Shown here: piece after piece, positions 40,221 through 50,264 of the stretch
Numbering within the stretch: position 1 is the stretch's first letter
Layout: the number at the start of each line of letters is the position of its first letter
Assembly: GCA_963664705.1 (NCBI GenBank)
Contig: OY761556.1
Coordinates: forward strand, 224,001 to 288,000
Direction: 5' to 3'
DNA length: 64,000 nucleotides
DNA from: Acidobacteriota bacterium
GTDB taxonomy: Bacteria; Acidobacteriota; UBA6911
Program-made: the position numbers and the translations under genes
The notes under the pieces: generated by a model
Database searches by the model: none
The model's input: only the letters and a program-made list of their open reading frames with translations
Told to the model about the DNA's origin: nothing

Positions 40221-41638
40221 ATCTCAACAGTCTCCGTTTTCGACTCATCTGGTTTCACTCCGTAGTTATTGCTGTTTTTGTCATTTGCATCGGACTGGTC
40301 CGATATCAGTTGGCCAGCTATCGTTCCCAGCATCGGTTCGACGATGCTTTGGCCAGCGATGCGCAGTTCTTTGTCTCGCGCTTCAAGTTTAGCGGAACCG
40401 GGTTCAGCCTTTCCACAACAGGTCTGAACACGGGGAATGCCCTGGCGATCCAGGAACTCGAGCATTACTTTGTCCTCACGGATCCCGACGGGCGGGTCCT
40501 ATACGAAGAACTCCACAACCGGTTTATTCGGATCATGCTGTCCCAGGGAAAACTGGCGCTTATCCTTCGTCAAAAAGCGGGATTCGGGCAAATCATGGCG
40601 GAGGACGGATCGGTCTATCGTTTTATCAGCCTTCCGCTCCCCGCAGGGATTCTTCAGCGTCCCGCCATCATCCATATAGGCCGAACCATGGAATTGCAGC
40701 GTGGGGTGATGCAGGAGTACCTCCTTTTTTATATTTACTCGGTTCCCCTGATACTGATCATCCTTGTCGCACTGGGCTGGTACTTTGCGGTTCGAGCTTT
40801 GAGGCCTTTTGAGGAAATAGCGCGGACGGCGGAAAAGATAAGCTATGAGAATCTGAATACGCAGATTGTCAGTACCCATAAAGAGCATGAGGTGCAGAGG
40901 CTGGTTCAGTCTTTCAATGCGATGGTTTCGCGCCTGAACCAGTCCTTCACTCAAATGCGCAAATTCAATGCAGATGTAGCCCATGAGTTGCGCACACCGC
41001 TGGCCATTCTCCAGGGAGAAACGGAGATAGCCCTTCGATCTCCCAGTCTTTCGGAAGATATACGTTCCGTTCTGATCAGCAATCTGGAGGAACTGGATCG
41101 GTTGACACGGATTGTAAACGATCTGTTGACGCTTTCCGAGGCTGAGGCGGGAAGACAGGTGCTTGTAAAGGAACCGGTCAATATCGGGGACCTTCTGGAA
41201 GACCTCGTGGACCAGATGAAGTTGTTGGCCTCGGACCGCAATCTGGAAATGGATGTTCACTGTGCTCCGGGTCTTTGGGTTGATGCGGATAAGCTTTGGA
41301 TAAGGCGGGCTATTCTCAATCTTCTGGATAATGCCATCAAGTATTCCAAAGAGGGCGGGCGCATAGCGGTTACGGCGGCAAAGGAAGGATCCTCCGTACT
41401 GATTGGAGTGAAGGACAGCGGTATCGGGATCCATGCGGAAGATCTTCCGTATATTTTTGACCGTCTTTACCGGGCAGACCCGGCGCGAAGCCGTGAGAGC
41501 GGAGGTGTGGGACTGGGATTGGCTCTTGTGAAGTGGATCATCGAAACCCATCACGGTATTGTCCGGGTGCAAAGCCGCCCCGATAACGGATCCCTGTTTG
41601 AAGTGATTCTCCCGTTGACCCATCGACCTTCCAGTTAG
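40217..41638 (+). CDS. HAMP sensor histidine kinase
   Basis: Two TM segments, HAMP, AHELRTPL, NLLDNAIKY, DSGIGI, GVGLGL. Confidence 0.95.
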   Translation: MNLNSLRFRLIWFHSVVIAVFVICIGLVRYQLASYRSQHRFDDALASDAQFFVSRFKFSGTGFSLSTTGLNTGNALAIQELEHYFVLTDPDGRVLYEELHNRFIRIMLSQGKLALILRQKAGFGQIMAEDGSVYRFISLPLPAGILQRPAIIHIGRTMELQRGVMQEYLLFYIYSVPLILIILVALGWYFAVRALRPFEEIARTAEKISYENLNTQIVSTHKEHEVQRLVQSFNAMVSRLNQSFTQMRKFNADVAHELRTPLAILQGETEIALRSPSLSEDIRSVLISNLEELDRLTRIVNDLLTLSEAEAGRQVLVKEPVNIGDLLEDLVDQMKLLASDRNLEMDVHCAPGLWVDADKLWIRRAILNLLDNAIKYSKEGGRIAVTAAKEGSSVLIGVKDSGIGIHAEDLPYIFDRLYRADPARSRESGGVGLGLALVKWIIETHHGIVRVQSRPDNGSLFEVILPLTHRPSS

Positions 41639-41819
41639 CCTGATTGGCGCGTTTTGCTGCTCCCGGGAATCGGTTGCCCCGGGGAATGCGCCCTTACCGC
41701 GGGCATGGATGGTTTTTTTTCGCGTTTTCGGTCTTTTTTCCGCGTTTCCAGTGTTTTGTTGTTGCCTTTTTAGCCGCTTCTTGGTTAAATCTCCTATTTC
41801 GCCCAAGGGAGGTGAGACC

Positions 41820-42137
41820 GTGTATGCAGTGATAATGAGCGGCGGAAAGCAATACTGTGTCGCCGAAGGAGAACTCGTTCGCATAGAAAAGCTTGCGATC
41901 GATCCAGGAGCCCCGGTCGAATTCAACGAGGTACTCCTGGTAAAGACTGATGCGAAGACCTACATTGGCCAGCCATTGGTGCAAGGCGCCTCGGTATCGG
42001 GCAAGTTGGAATCCCAGGATAAGGATGATACGGTTCTTGTCTTTAAGTATAAGGCAAAGAAGCAGTATCGCCGCACGCGCGGACATCGTCAGCAGCATTC
42101 GGAAGTTCGCATCGAAAAAATCAATGTAGCAGGCTAA
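41820..42137 (+). CDS. rplU: 50S ribosomal protein L21
   Basis: GGAGG then GTG; YAVIMSGGKQY...GHRQQHS. Confidence 0.96.
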   Translation: MYAVIMSGGKQYCVAEGELVRIEKLAIDPGAPVEFNEVLLVKTDAKTYIGQPLVQGASVSGKLESQDKDDTVLVFKYKAKKQYRRTRGHRQQHSEVRIEKINVAG

Positions 42138-42146
42138 GAGGTTGGT

Positions 42147-42407
42147 ATGGCACACAAAAAAGGAGTCGGGAGCTCCCGTAACGGAAGAGATAGCCAGTCC
42201 AAGCGGCTGGGCGTCAAGCGCTTCGCCGGCCAGTTGGTAAACGGCGGAACAATCATCGTTCGGCAGCGGGGCACCAAGTTCAAACCCGGCTTGAATGTGG
42301 GAATCGGCAAGGATGATACGCTCTTTGCCAAGATCACGGGCACCGTGCAGTTTCAGGATAGAGGTCGCCTGGGCAAATTCGTGCATATTCAGGCGGAAGC
42401 TTCATAG
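42147..42407 (+). CDS. rpmA: 50S ribosomal protein L27
   Basis: [16 protein letters not shown]. Confidence 0.98.
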   Translation: MAHKKGVGSSRNGRDSQSKRLGVKRFAGQLVNGGTIIVRQRGTKFKPGLNVGIGKDDTLFAKITGTVQFQDRGRLGKFVHIQAEAS

Positions 42408-42432
42408 CCGGTCGTCAGACCTGATGTTCTTG

Positions 42433-42459
42433 GGACCCCGACCGGGGTCCTTTTTTTTT
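42433..42459 (+). terminator. Rho-independent terminator after rpmA
   Basis: GGACCCC-gacc-GGGGTCC followed by T9. Confidence 0.85.
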
Positions 42460-42506
42460 GGTACGATCAATCCCGTAGATTCAATATAGCGCGGGGAGTT
42501 TTATCT

Positions 42507-43496
42507 TTGTTTATCGATAGGGCGAAAATACAGGTCATTGCCGGTGATGGTGGGAATGGGTGTCTTGCCTTCAGACGGGAGAAGTTTGTCCCCAGGGGTG
42601 GACCCAGCGGTGGTGATGGGGGCAAGGGCGGAGATGTTTTTATCGAGTGCTCCGACCGGGTGAACACGCTTCTCCATTTTCAATATAAGCGTATTTTTAA
42701 AGGTCAACGGGGACGGCACGGAGAAGGCGACAAGCGCCACGGCAAAGATGGGATCGATGTTACCATTCTGGTTCCCCCGGGGACTCAGGTGTTCAGTGAG
42801 CCGGATCATGAATTGATTCACGATTTTGCAGTATTGGGCGAACGTTTGCGCATTGCCGCCGGCGGGCGCGGAGGGAGAGGAAACGCCCGGTTTGCGACCT
42901 CGACAAATCAGGCTCCGCGCCACACGGAACCCGGGTATCCGGGAGAGCAGTTTGAACTCTCGCTTAGTTTAAAGCTGATCGCAGATGTGGGGTTGGTCGG
43001 CTTCCCGAATGTGGGAAAATCAACCCTGATTTCGAGGATAAGCTCCGCAAAGCCCAAGATTGCGGATTACCCTTTTACAACCCTGGTTCCCCACCTTGGT
43101 GTCGTGCAGTTGGATGATTTCCGCACGTTTGTAGTTGCGGATATCCCGGGGCTCATTGAGGGGGCGCATGAAGGGCATGGACTGGGCGATCAGTTCCTGA
43201 AGCATGTGGAAAGGACAAAGGTCCTTGTCCATTTGATCGATGTCTCAAATGATACGCGGGATCCGGTTGCCGACTTTAAGGCGATTGTTCGTGAGTTGAC
43301 TCTGTTCAACAAGGACCTGCTCGATAGACGGCAACTGGTTGTAGCTTCAAAGGTGGATGTTTTATCGGAACCGCGGAAGCTGTCCAAGCTGAAGGGGATG
43401 TGTACGCGCCGCAAATTGCCTTTCATTGGTATTTCCGCCGTGACCGGACAGGGAATCAAGGAATTGATCGGGATGTTGGATACGATGCTCCGCTAG
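42507..43496 (+). CDS. obgE: GTPase ObgE/CgtA
   Basis: [50 protein letters not shown]; TTG start. Confidence 0.97.
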   Translation: MFIDRAKIQVIAGDGGNGCLAFRREKFVPRGGPSGGDGGKGGDVFIECSDRVNTLLHFQYKRIFKGQRGRHGEGDKRHGKDGIDVTILVPPGTQVFSEPDHELIHDFAVLGERLRIAAGGRGGRGNARFATSTNQAPRHTEPGYPGEQFELSLSLKLIADVGLVGFPNVGKSTLISRISSAKPKIADYPFTTLVPHLGVVQLDDFRTFVVADIPGLIEGAHEGHGLGDQFLKHVERTKVLVHLIDVSNDTRDPVADFKAIVRELTLFNKDLLDRRQLVVASKVDVLSEPRKLSKLKGMCTRRKLPFIGISAVTGQGIKELIGMLDTMLR

Positions 43497-43507
43497 GACT
43501 TTTGTGT

Positions 43508-44197
43508 ATGAGCAATCTGGCTAATCGAATCGGTATTCTTGGCGGATCCTTTAACCCGATACACATGGGGCATTTGCATATTGCGGCTGCTGTTCAAAAA
43601 CTGTTTTGCCTGTCGCAGGTGCATTTTGTTGTCGCTACCGAACCTCCCCATAAGGCGCCCGGGGATTTGATTCAATTTCCGCACCGGTATGCCATGGTGA
43701 GCCTGGCAACAGCCGGGATGAATAGGTTCAAACCGTCTCTGGCCGAACTGGAACCGGTGGCAAGTCCATATTCGGTGGACACGATGGAAAAGATGTCGCG
43801 CTATGCCCGCCGGGAAAAAGGAACGCTTTATTTTATTGCAGGCGGGGATTCGCTGGCGGAGGTCAGGACGTGGAAGGAAAGCGAGAAACTGCTGAGCTCT
43901 TATAACTTTGTTTTTGCACTGCGGCCGGGAACGGATGCATCCGATCCTGCTGATTTGTTGCCGAAGAAGACGTTAAACCGTGTCCTGGATCTCAGGAATG
44001 TGGGGAGGACAAAGGCTCGCCGCATCATTGATGAGCAGGAGCGTTCGGCAAGGATCTTTATTGTGGATGTGCAGGCTCCAGACATATCGGCAACACAGAT
44101 ACGCCGGCTTGCATCCTCCGGGAAATCTGTGCGGCATCTGGTTCCCGCCCCGGTGAGTGACTATATTCGCAAACTTCGTCTATATGGTGGAAGATGA
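43508..44197 (+). CDS. nadD: Nicotinate-nucleotide adenylyltransferase
   Basis: GILGGSFNPIHMGH, PPHK, ISATQIR. Confidence 0.94.
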   Translation: MSNLANRIGILGGSFNPIHMGHLHIAAAVQKLFCLSQVHFVVATEPPHKAPGDLIQFPHRYAMVSLATAGMNRFKPSLAELEPVASPYSVDTMEKMSRYARREKGTLYFIAGGDSLAEVRTWKESEKLLSSYNFVFALRPGTDASDPADLLPKKTLNRVLDLRNVGRTKARRIIDEQERSARIFIVDVQAPDISATQIRRLASSGKSVRHLVPAPVSDYIRKLRLYGGR

Positions 44198-44586
44198 CTG
44201 ACGCGTTGAAAATTGCCGTCTCTGCGGCGGATGACAAAAAAGCACATGATATCGTGGCTTTGGATATCTCGGAAATCGCTTCATTTGCCAGCTATTTCCT
44301 GTTATGCACCGGGGACTCCTCGAGGCAAATGCAGGCGATTGCGGATGAGGTGGAAAAACGCCTGAAGGCCATAGGGATCCGGCCGGCTCACATCGAAGGA
44401 TATCAGAATTCCGAATGGATACTGCTGGATTACCTTGATATGGTCATCCATATCTTTTCAAAAACCGCTCGTGTTTATTACGATCTTGAGAGATTGTGGC
44501 GAGATGGGAAAAAGATCGATATCAGCAAACTGATTGAGCCCCCCGAACCCAGGCCGGTAACCAGAAGGGCAAAAAAAATTCTGTAA
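44194..44586 (+). CDS. rsfS: Ribosome silencing factor
   Basis: DKKAHDIVALD, WILLDYLDMVIHIF, YYDLERLW. Confidence 0.95.
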   Translation: MTDALKIAVSAADDKKAHDIVALDISEIASFASYFLLCTGDSSRQMQAIADEVEKRLKAIGIRPAHIEGYQNSEWILLDYLDMVIHIFSKTARVYYDLERLWRDGKKIDISKLIEPPEPRPVTRRAKKIL

Positions 44587-44763
44587 TGAAAAGCCGGCAC
44601 TAACCCGATCGAAACTGGAAGAATAGAAGCCCCGGACTGTGCGGGCTGTGTTGAATTGGCGGAGTCTTTTCTGTAATATTACCGCCTTGATTTTGGGTGC
44701 TTGAGCAAGCCAGGCGAATAAGAGCACGGGTGCAAGACAGGAAGTGCGGCCCGGATCCCGGAT

Positions 44764-45243
44764 ATGCAAATCAAATTTCTCTGGGTCGGGAAGACTAAAA
44801 ATCCTTCGATGAAATCCCTGGTTGCGGATTACAGCGGGCGGATACGGCACCTTGCTCCTTGCGAGATACTCGAGACCCGCGATCTTGCAAAAAGGCGTTC
44901 ATTGAGCACTGCGGAACTTATCGCAGAGGAGGGAAACGAACTCGCGCGCTTTGTTCCCGATTCCGGGCGTTTGGTAGCGCTGGACGAAGCGGGTCGTCAG
45001 TTTACCTCCGAGGGATTTGCTCAGTGGTTTGAGTCTGAACAGAACTCCGGACACCGCGTCCTGACATTTGTGATAGGCGGTCCGGAGGGTTTGAGCCCAG
45101 TGATTTCGCGTCGAGCCCATCTTATATTGTCGTTGGGCAAAATGACCTGGACTCACGAGATGTGTCGTGTGCTTTTACTCGAGCAGGTGTATCGAGCGTT
45201 GTGCATTATGCGCAACATTCCCTATCACAGGGGCAGCAATTAG
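44764..45243 (+). CDS. rlmH: 23S rRNA m3Psi1915 methyltransferase
   Basis: VGK, LDEAG, FVIGGPEG, LSLGKMTWTH...LLEQVYRA...PYH. Confidence 0.95.
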   Translation: MQIKFLWVGKTKNPSMKSLVADYSGRIRHLAPCEILETRDLAKRRSLSTAELIAEEGNELARFVPDSGRLVALDEAGRQFTSEGFAQWFESEQNSGHRVLTFVIGGPEGLSPVISRRAHLILSLGKMTWTHEMCRVLLLEQVYRALCIMRNIPYHRGSN

Positions 45244-45282
45244 AAAGTCGATTGCGCCGTTTTAATGGAGTGCGAAGAACCG

Positions 45283-45639
45283 ATGGATGGAAAAAAGCTG
45301 GACTACTACAAAGAGAAGCTGCTTCAAAAACAGCTTTCTTTGGTGCAAATGGTTCAGAGAACCGAAGGCTATAGCCGCGAAAAAGATCAGGATACCCAGG
45401 ATGTCGCGGATATGGCTGTCGAGTCATATACCAAAGAGTTTAATTTTGGCAAGAGTTCAGGAGACAGATTCATCCTTCAGCTCATTCGCGAAGCGCTCGA
45501 CCGCATTGATGATAAATCTTACGGTACTTGTGTAAACTGCGAAAATGTCATTGGCCCCAAGCGATTGGAAGCCGTGCCGTGGACCAGACTCTGCATTGAA
45601 TGCCAGGGACTCCTGGAAAAGGGTTTGTTGGAGGATTAA
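45283..45639 (+). CDS. DksA/TraR family C4 zinc-finger protein
   Basis: DVADMA coiled-coil tip; YGTCVNC...RLEAVPWTRLCIECQ. Confidence 0.9.
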   Translation: MDGKKLDYYKEKLLQKQLSLVQMVQRTEGYSREKDQDTQDVADMAVESYTKEFNFGKSSGDRFILQLIREALDRIDDKSYGTCVNCENVIGPKRLEAVPWTRLCIECQGLLEKGLLED

Positions 45640-45752
45640 GCCCGGGAGCGTCAGCGCCCGCGAGGACGGATCTTACCCAAAGCCTCCTGGTCGACTTTTG
45701 AGGAAGTTTGTGGCATCTTATTTTGGCTGTCCGATATCGGCCGCTGCCTCCA

Positions 45753-46529
45753 ATGACGACCAAGCCCTTTTTTCCCACTAGCCGGGATTTGCCGACCTCT
45801 CAGGTCCAAACATTGCTCGATGGAATCCTGAATCTTGTATATCCGGAGCGATGCCTTGTCTGTTCCGTGCCCATCGCGCGACGTCAGGATTGTGGCCTGT
45901 GTGACGAGTGCTGGAACAAGGCGGTCGCCCTAAAGATCCATCCACCGCGCTGTTCCTCCTGCGGGATACCCTTTCACAGCTTTCAGGACGATTCCGAACA
46001 CCTTTGCGGCGATTGCATCCTTCAGCCTCCTCCCTATTCCGGCGCCCGATCCTTTGGCTATTACTCGGGCGAACTCAGCGCGCTCATTCATGGTCTCAAG
46101 TTTCATGGCAGAAGGAATCTTGTCGAATTGCTGGCACCGCTTTTGGCAGAGATCTTTTCTGAGAACTGGACACGTGGAGACTTCAATGTCGTGGTGCCGG
46201 TGCCGCTTCACGCCAGACGTCAGCGTGAGAGAGGCTACAACCAGTCACGGTTGCTAGCCCAGGCTCTTTCGCTCCGCATTGCCATCCCATGTTCCGATCG
46301 GCTCCGCCGCATCCGGCATACAGTCCCGCAAGTTGGGTTGACGGACATTCAGCGCAGGGAGAATGTGCGGAAAGCTTTCGAATGCAAGGACTCGGGTGAA
46401 AATCCGGGTGCACGTGTTCTGCTTGTGGATGATGTCATGACAACAGGGGCCACCGTTGCCAGTGCGGCGCAGGCGCTTCTTGACGCCGGCGCTCTCCGCG
46501 TATCCGTGCTTACCCTTGCTCGCGCCTAA
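45753..46529 (+). CDS. ComF family phosphoribosyltransferase with zinc ribbon
   Basis: CxxC repeats, VPVPLH..R.RERGYNQS, LLVDDVMTTGAT. Confidence 0.92.
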   Translation: MTTKPFFPTSRDLPTSQVQTLLDGILNLVYPERCLVCSVPIARRQDCGLCDECWNKAVALKIHPPRCSSCGIPFHSFQDDSEHLCGDCILQPPPYSGARSFGYYSGELSALIHGLKFHGRRNLVELLAPLLAEIFSENWTRGDFNVVVPVPLHARRQRERGYNQSRLLAQALSLRIAIPCSDRLRRIRHTVPQVGLTDIQRRENVRKAFECKDSGENPGARVLLVDDVMTTGATVASAAQALLDAGALRVSVLTLARA

Positions 46530-46620
46530 TCGATGATTGCATGAAATCGAATTAGGCTGTCGTGAGGGTTGGCATCAACTTTTTTCAGAAATGCCTCGAA
46601 TATTACTTTTTGGTCCCTGA

Positions 46621-46874
46621 CCTGACCGAATTGGTAACGCCATTAACCGCGAAGACCGCGAAGGAAAATATTTTTGCAGGTTTTGCGGTTATCGTTCTCG
46701 CCATATCATACGCAGGATTCAATCTTTCATAATTAGGCACCGCTGAATCGACAATATTATGCGCAACTTCCTTCCTACTCATCACACTATCTCATTGCCC
46801 AGCAGCAAAATGAGCCAAAGATCTTTGCGGCCTTTGAGGTCTTCGCGGTTAATGGGGCTACTAATTCGGCCAAG
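46621..46874. mobile_element. 254-bp MITE-like element with 44-bp terminal inverted repeats
   Basis: 46621-46664 matches the reverse complement of 46831-46874 at 37/44 by manual alignment; arms contain nonamer repeats (ACCGCGAAG)2; no clear target duplication. Confidence 0.6.
46689..46785 (-). pseudogene. Possible internally deleted GxxExxY-family gene remnant
   Basis: MSRKEVAHNIVDSA resembles the GxxExxY N-terminus; in the next frame LIMKD*ILRMI resembles its KDGIxR C-terminus. Resemblance judged by eye only. Confidence 0.4.
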
Positions 46875-46921
46875 TGAGGCTGTAAGTGATTTATTTGATA
46901 GAAGTTAAGCTGGCCCGACCT

Positions 46922-47341
46922 CTATTTGGGGCGGCGGGCAGGAGGGTTGGCGGCAACCTTTTTCAGGAATGCTTCGAATTTTACTTTTTGGTCCGGCCGC
47001 AGAATCTGCTTAATCTGTTCGTTGGTTTCGTTGCGAATCGATTCCCATTGGGGCGTATATTGTTCGTTCAGGACACGATACTGAGGCTTGTATTGTTCGT
47101 TTAGAGCCTGATATTTTTGACGGCTACTCGCAAAAATGGCTTTAAGAGATTCTTTTTGTTGAGCATCGAGCTGAAGCTTATTGGCCATCCGGTCAAGGAT
47201 ATCTCCCGACTTTGGCGGTGTTGCTTGAAAAACCGCCGGTTTTACCTGTCTTGCATAAAGGTAAAGCCCAATCCCGCCGGAGACTGCTCCCAGCAGGAAT
47301 ACCAGAATCCATGACAGTGCCATGCCCAGCTTGGATTTCAT
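46922..47341 (-). CDS. Membrane-anchored Spy/CpxP-like periplasmic protein
   Basis: TM VFLLGAVSGG; LQLDAQQ and ILRPDQK are LTxxQ-like motifs; follows the anti-sigma gene. Confidence 0.65.
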   Translation of the reverse strand: MKSKLGMALSWILVFLLGAVSGGIGLYLYARQVKPAVFQATPPKSGDILDRMANKLQLDAQQKESLKAIFASSRQKYQALNEQYKPQYRVLNEQYTPQWESIRNETNEQIKQILRPDQKVKFEAFLKKVAANPPARRPK

Positions 47342-47376
47342 TGCTCCAGCGTCTCACTTTCAACAGCAGTTACTGA

Positions 47377-47868
47377 TTACTTCCGGTCAAGACTGCGATG
47401 GTGACTCGTATCCTGCTCCGCGATCGCGTTCAACACGCTTTCGTCCGTGATATCCCCTCCGGACAGCATCTGATGTGGCTGTTCTTCCGTAATAAAGATC
47501 CTGTCATACGCCTTATATAAATCAGGTTCACTTCCGGTGAACTGTATATAGGCGAAAACAGTGAGGAGCGCGAGTGTAACGCCGGCCAATGCCGGAATTA
47601 CCTGGCGGGCCAGATGCGTAAAAATATTCCAGCCTGCCACCGTCTGGGCTTCTCCCTCGATATTGCTTCTAAGTCTTTGATAGAAGAATGGCGAGGGTTC
47701 AACAGGCGGCAATGTCTGCGCGATTCGCTTCGGCAGGCTTAGTATCCCGTATTCCCGGTTGCAGGACGCACATGAGTCCAGATGCGCATTCAATTCCGCG
47801 CTATCGATTTCGGAGAGTTCCCTGTCGATCTGGCGGAACAGCAATTCCTTTACCGTAGTGCATTTCAT
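47377..47868 (-). CDS. zf-HC2 transmembrane anti-sigma factor
   Basis: MKC...HLDSCASC (HxxxCxxC), followed by one TM helix. Confidence 0.88.
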   Translation of the reverse strand: MKCTTVKELLFRQIDRELSEIDSAELNAHLDSCASCNREYGILSLPKRIAQTLPPVEPSPFFYQRLRSNIEGEAQTVAGWNIFTHLARQVIPALAGVTLALLTVFAYIQFTGSEPDLYKAYDRIFITEEQPHQMLSGGDITDESVLNAIAEQDTSHHRSLDRK

Positions 47869-47899
47869 TTCTACACCCTCACTTCCAGCTACAAATAAC

Positions 47900-47925
47900 T
47901 ACGTCAGGGGTACGGGGATATTTCG
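47900..47925 (-). promoter_or_regulatory. Candidate ECF-sigma promoter
   Basis: Minus strand CGAAAT-N16-CGTA about 30 nt upstream of the anti-sigma start; resembles SigW-type TGAAAC-N16-CGTA. Confidence 0.5.
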
Positions 47926-48090
47926 CATGTCGTTTAGAACAGATTAAGATTACGAAGACTGGTTTAACACAAGCCCGCCCTGTCGATCAATAGGAACTTG
48001 GCGTCTGCAATCATTTGGCGGACCTTAGTTTAGATGTCTCCGTCCCGCGTTCGACCTGAGCCTGTACCGGCGATATCAAAGAACTCATCG

Positions 48091-49128
48091 TCACAAAATA
48101 AGCATACAATCACCGTAACTGTAAAAACGGTAATCGTTCGCGATAGCTTCCCGGTAACAGTCCAGCAGCAGTTCCCGCCCGGCAAAGGCGGAGCCAAGCA
48201 TGAACAGGGTAGAACGGGGCAGATGAAAATTCGTTAGCAGGCCGTCCAGCATTTGAAATCGGAACCCCGGATAAATGAACAGGTTGCAAAAACCGGAGGA
48301 GGCATGTCCGAGGGCGTCTTCTTCATTGGCCAGGTGTTCAAGGCAGCGGGTTGCGGTGGTTCCAACCGCAACCAGTCGGCGGCCTTCCGCTTTGTAGGTC
48401 CGAATCTGTTTGGCCGTTTCCGCATCTATTTCGAAGTATTCCGATTCCATGGAATGGTCGAGGATATTCTCGCATCTGACCGGCTTGAATGTGCCGTAAC
48501 CGACGTGAAGCAGCACCTGGCATAAGGGAATTCCCCGATCCTGCAGTCGTTGAAAAACCTCAGCAGTGAAGTGGAGGCCTGCGGTTGGCGCTGCGACGGA
48601 ACCGCTATGTCGGGCATATACGGTTTGGTATCGGAGCTTGTCCTGAGAGAGATCCTGCCCTTTGTCCCGGCGGATATAAGGAGGAATCGGCGGTTCTCCC
48701 GTCTGCTCGAATAATTGATGGAGATCCCCCTCATATCCGAACCGCAGCTTCCGGCTTCCAGATTCGGTTGCCTCGATGACTGTAGCCGGGCATCCGCCAA
48801 TCACAAGGCTTCCTCCCACCGGGGCTTTTCTGGCGGGCTTTACCAGGGCCAGCCATTCCTGAGGTCCGGTTTCATGCAGGAGCAGGATCTCGATTTCTTC
48901 CTTTTTTCCCGGTCGGCTTGCTCGCAAGCGGGCAGGGAATACTTTGGTGTTGTTGAGGACCAGGAAGTGTTCGGGACTGAGAAGCTCCGGCAAATCCCGA
49001 AAGACATGATGTTCTCTTCGGCCCGTTTCCCGCCAGACAACCATCATTTTTGATCCATCGCGCTCCGGCGCCGGTGCCTGGGCAATCAGGCGTTCAGGAA
49101 GGTCGAAATCAAAGTCACTAAGATTCAT
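48091..49128 (-). CDS. queA: SAM:tRNA ribosyltransferase-isomerase
   Basis: LSDFDFDLPERLIAQ, PPYIRR, SVAAPTAGLHF, LHVGYGTF, TNFHLPRSTL, YRFYSYGD. Confidence 0.97.
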   Translation of the reverse strand: MNLSDFDFDLPERLIAQAPAPERDGSKMMVVWRETGRREHHVFRDLPELLSPEHFLVLNNTKVFPARLRASRPGKKEEIEILLLHETGPQEWLALVKPARKAPVGGSLVIGGCPATVIEATESGSRKLRFGYEGDLHQLFEQTGEPPIPPYIRRDKGQDLSQDKLRYQTVYARHSGSVAAPTAGLHFTAEVFQRLQDRGIPLCQVLLHVGYGTFKPVRCENILDHSMESEYFEIDAETAKQIRTYKAEGRRLVAVGTTATRCLEHLANEEDALGHASSGFCNLFIYPGFRFQMLDGLLTNFHLPRSTLFMLGSAFAGRELLLDCYREAIANDYRFYSYGDCMLIL

Positions 49129-49212
49129 AGCACCATCGCACAAAAGAAAGAGCCGCACCGCCGGCGGCTCCTCGAGGTCGTTATTTGCCGGGAAACGAAA
49201 GATCCGGATTTC

Positions 49213-50124
49213 CTATCTTCCCGAAGGGAATCTGCGCAGCTTCTCTCCAATGTACATTCCGGAACTCGGCATGGTCTGTTCCCACATCAGGCCATGCAAC
49301 TGGGCCGAAAAATTTGCCCCAAACAAAAGAATCGTGTTAGAGGTGTACACCCATGCCAGCAAGGCGATCACCGCACCCATTTTTCCGTAAATCCGCTGGT
49401 AGTTGAAAAATGGGACCAGTTTTCCAAAGATATAGCTGCCAATTTCCCAGATCAGAGTCGTGACCAGTCCTCCCGCGAGGGCTTCGGTCCAGTAAACCTT
49501 TCTGTGTGGCATCCATTTGAAAACCAAAGTAAAGACGAGGATGGCGATCAGCAACCCTGCCCCGAGCAGGACAAAATACCAGAACCACCCGATGAAATAG
49601 TTGGTGCGGGCGGATGCCGTCATCGCGGCCGCTCGTGCCCGGACTGCACTGAGAAAGGTCGTTGTTGCCGCGGAACTGAGCAAGCTAAGGCCCACCAGCA
49701 CCATGAACCCGATGCTGCGCAGCCTGCTTTCCCAAAATGTCTTCTGGCTGGAGACGCCCCACGCGCGATTGATGGAGTTTTCAAGGAATGTGAATATCCA
49801 GGATGACGACCAGAGAACGACGATCACGCAGGAGAGAACGACGGTTGTAGATGGAGTGGTAATTTCGCTCAAATTGGATCGAAGGAATTGCCGCGATCCG
49901 GGGAAGAGGGCGATTACGCGCTGAACCACCGTTCCATGCAGGTTCATTCTGCCGAGAAATGCGTCCGCCAGGGCGATCAGGACCAGAATCGTCGGGACAA
50001 GCGCGATCAGGCTGAAATAGGAAATTCCGGCGGCATCCCGCGGTATTTCATGTTTCAGCATAAGCTGTCCTGCAGCTTTCAACGCGCGGCCCACCATATG
50101 CATGAATGACCTCTTCTTCGCCAT
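49213..50124 (-). CDS. YihY/BrkB family membrane protein
   Basis: AAGISYFSLIALVP, INRAWG, IYG.MGAVIALLAWVY...LFGA. Confidence 0.9.
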   Translation of the reverse strand: MAKKRSFMHMVGRALKAAGQLMLKHEIPRDAAGISYFSLIALVPTILVLIALADAFLGRMNLHGTVVQRVIALFPGSRQFLRSNLSEITTPSTTVVLSCVIVVLWSSSWIFTFLENSINRAWGVSSQKTFWESRLRSIGFMVLVGLSLLSSAATTTFLSAVRARAAAMTASARTNYFIGWFWYFVLLGAGLLIAILVFTLVFKWMPHRKVYWTEALAGGLVTTLIWEIGSYIFGKLVPFFNYQRIYGKMGAVIALLAWVYTSNTILLFGANFSAQLHGLMWEQTMPSSGMYIGEKLRRFPSGR

Positions 50125-50264
50125 GGATTGAGTTTATAGCATTCCATCGGGCCTCTGAAGCTGCTTTTTGTGAGGGTGCGGGCAATTTCCGTTCAGGACA
50201 GTAGAGTTGCAGGCCACTTCAATTGCGGGGGGATATGGTAGAATAATGCCTTTTAGCAGAAGGT

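Noticed and set aside
40499-41926. 475-aa antisense ORF, and similar long antisense ORFs over ftsA, murF, ftsI and atpA
   Set aside because: Shadow frames opposite well-conserved genes; no motifs of their own.
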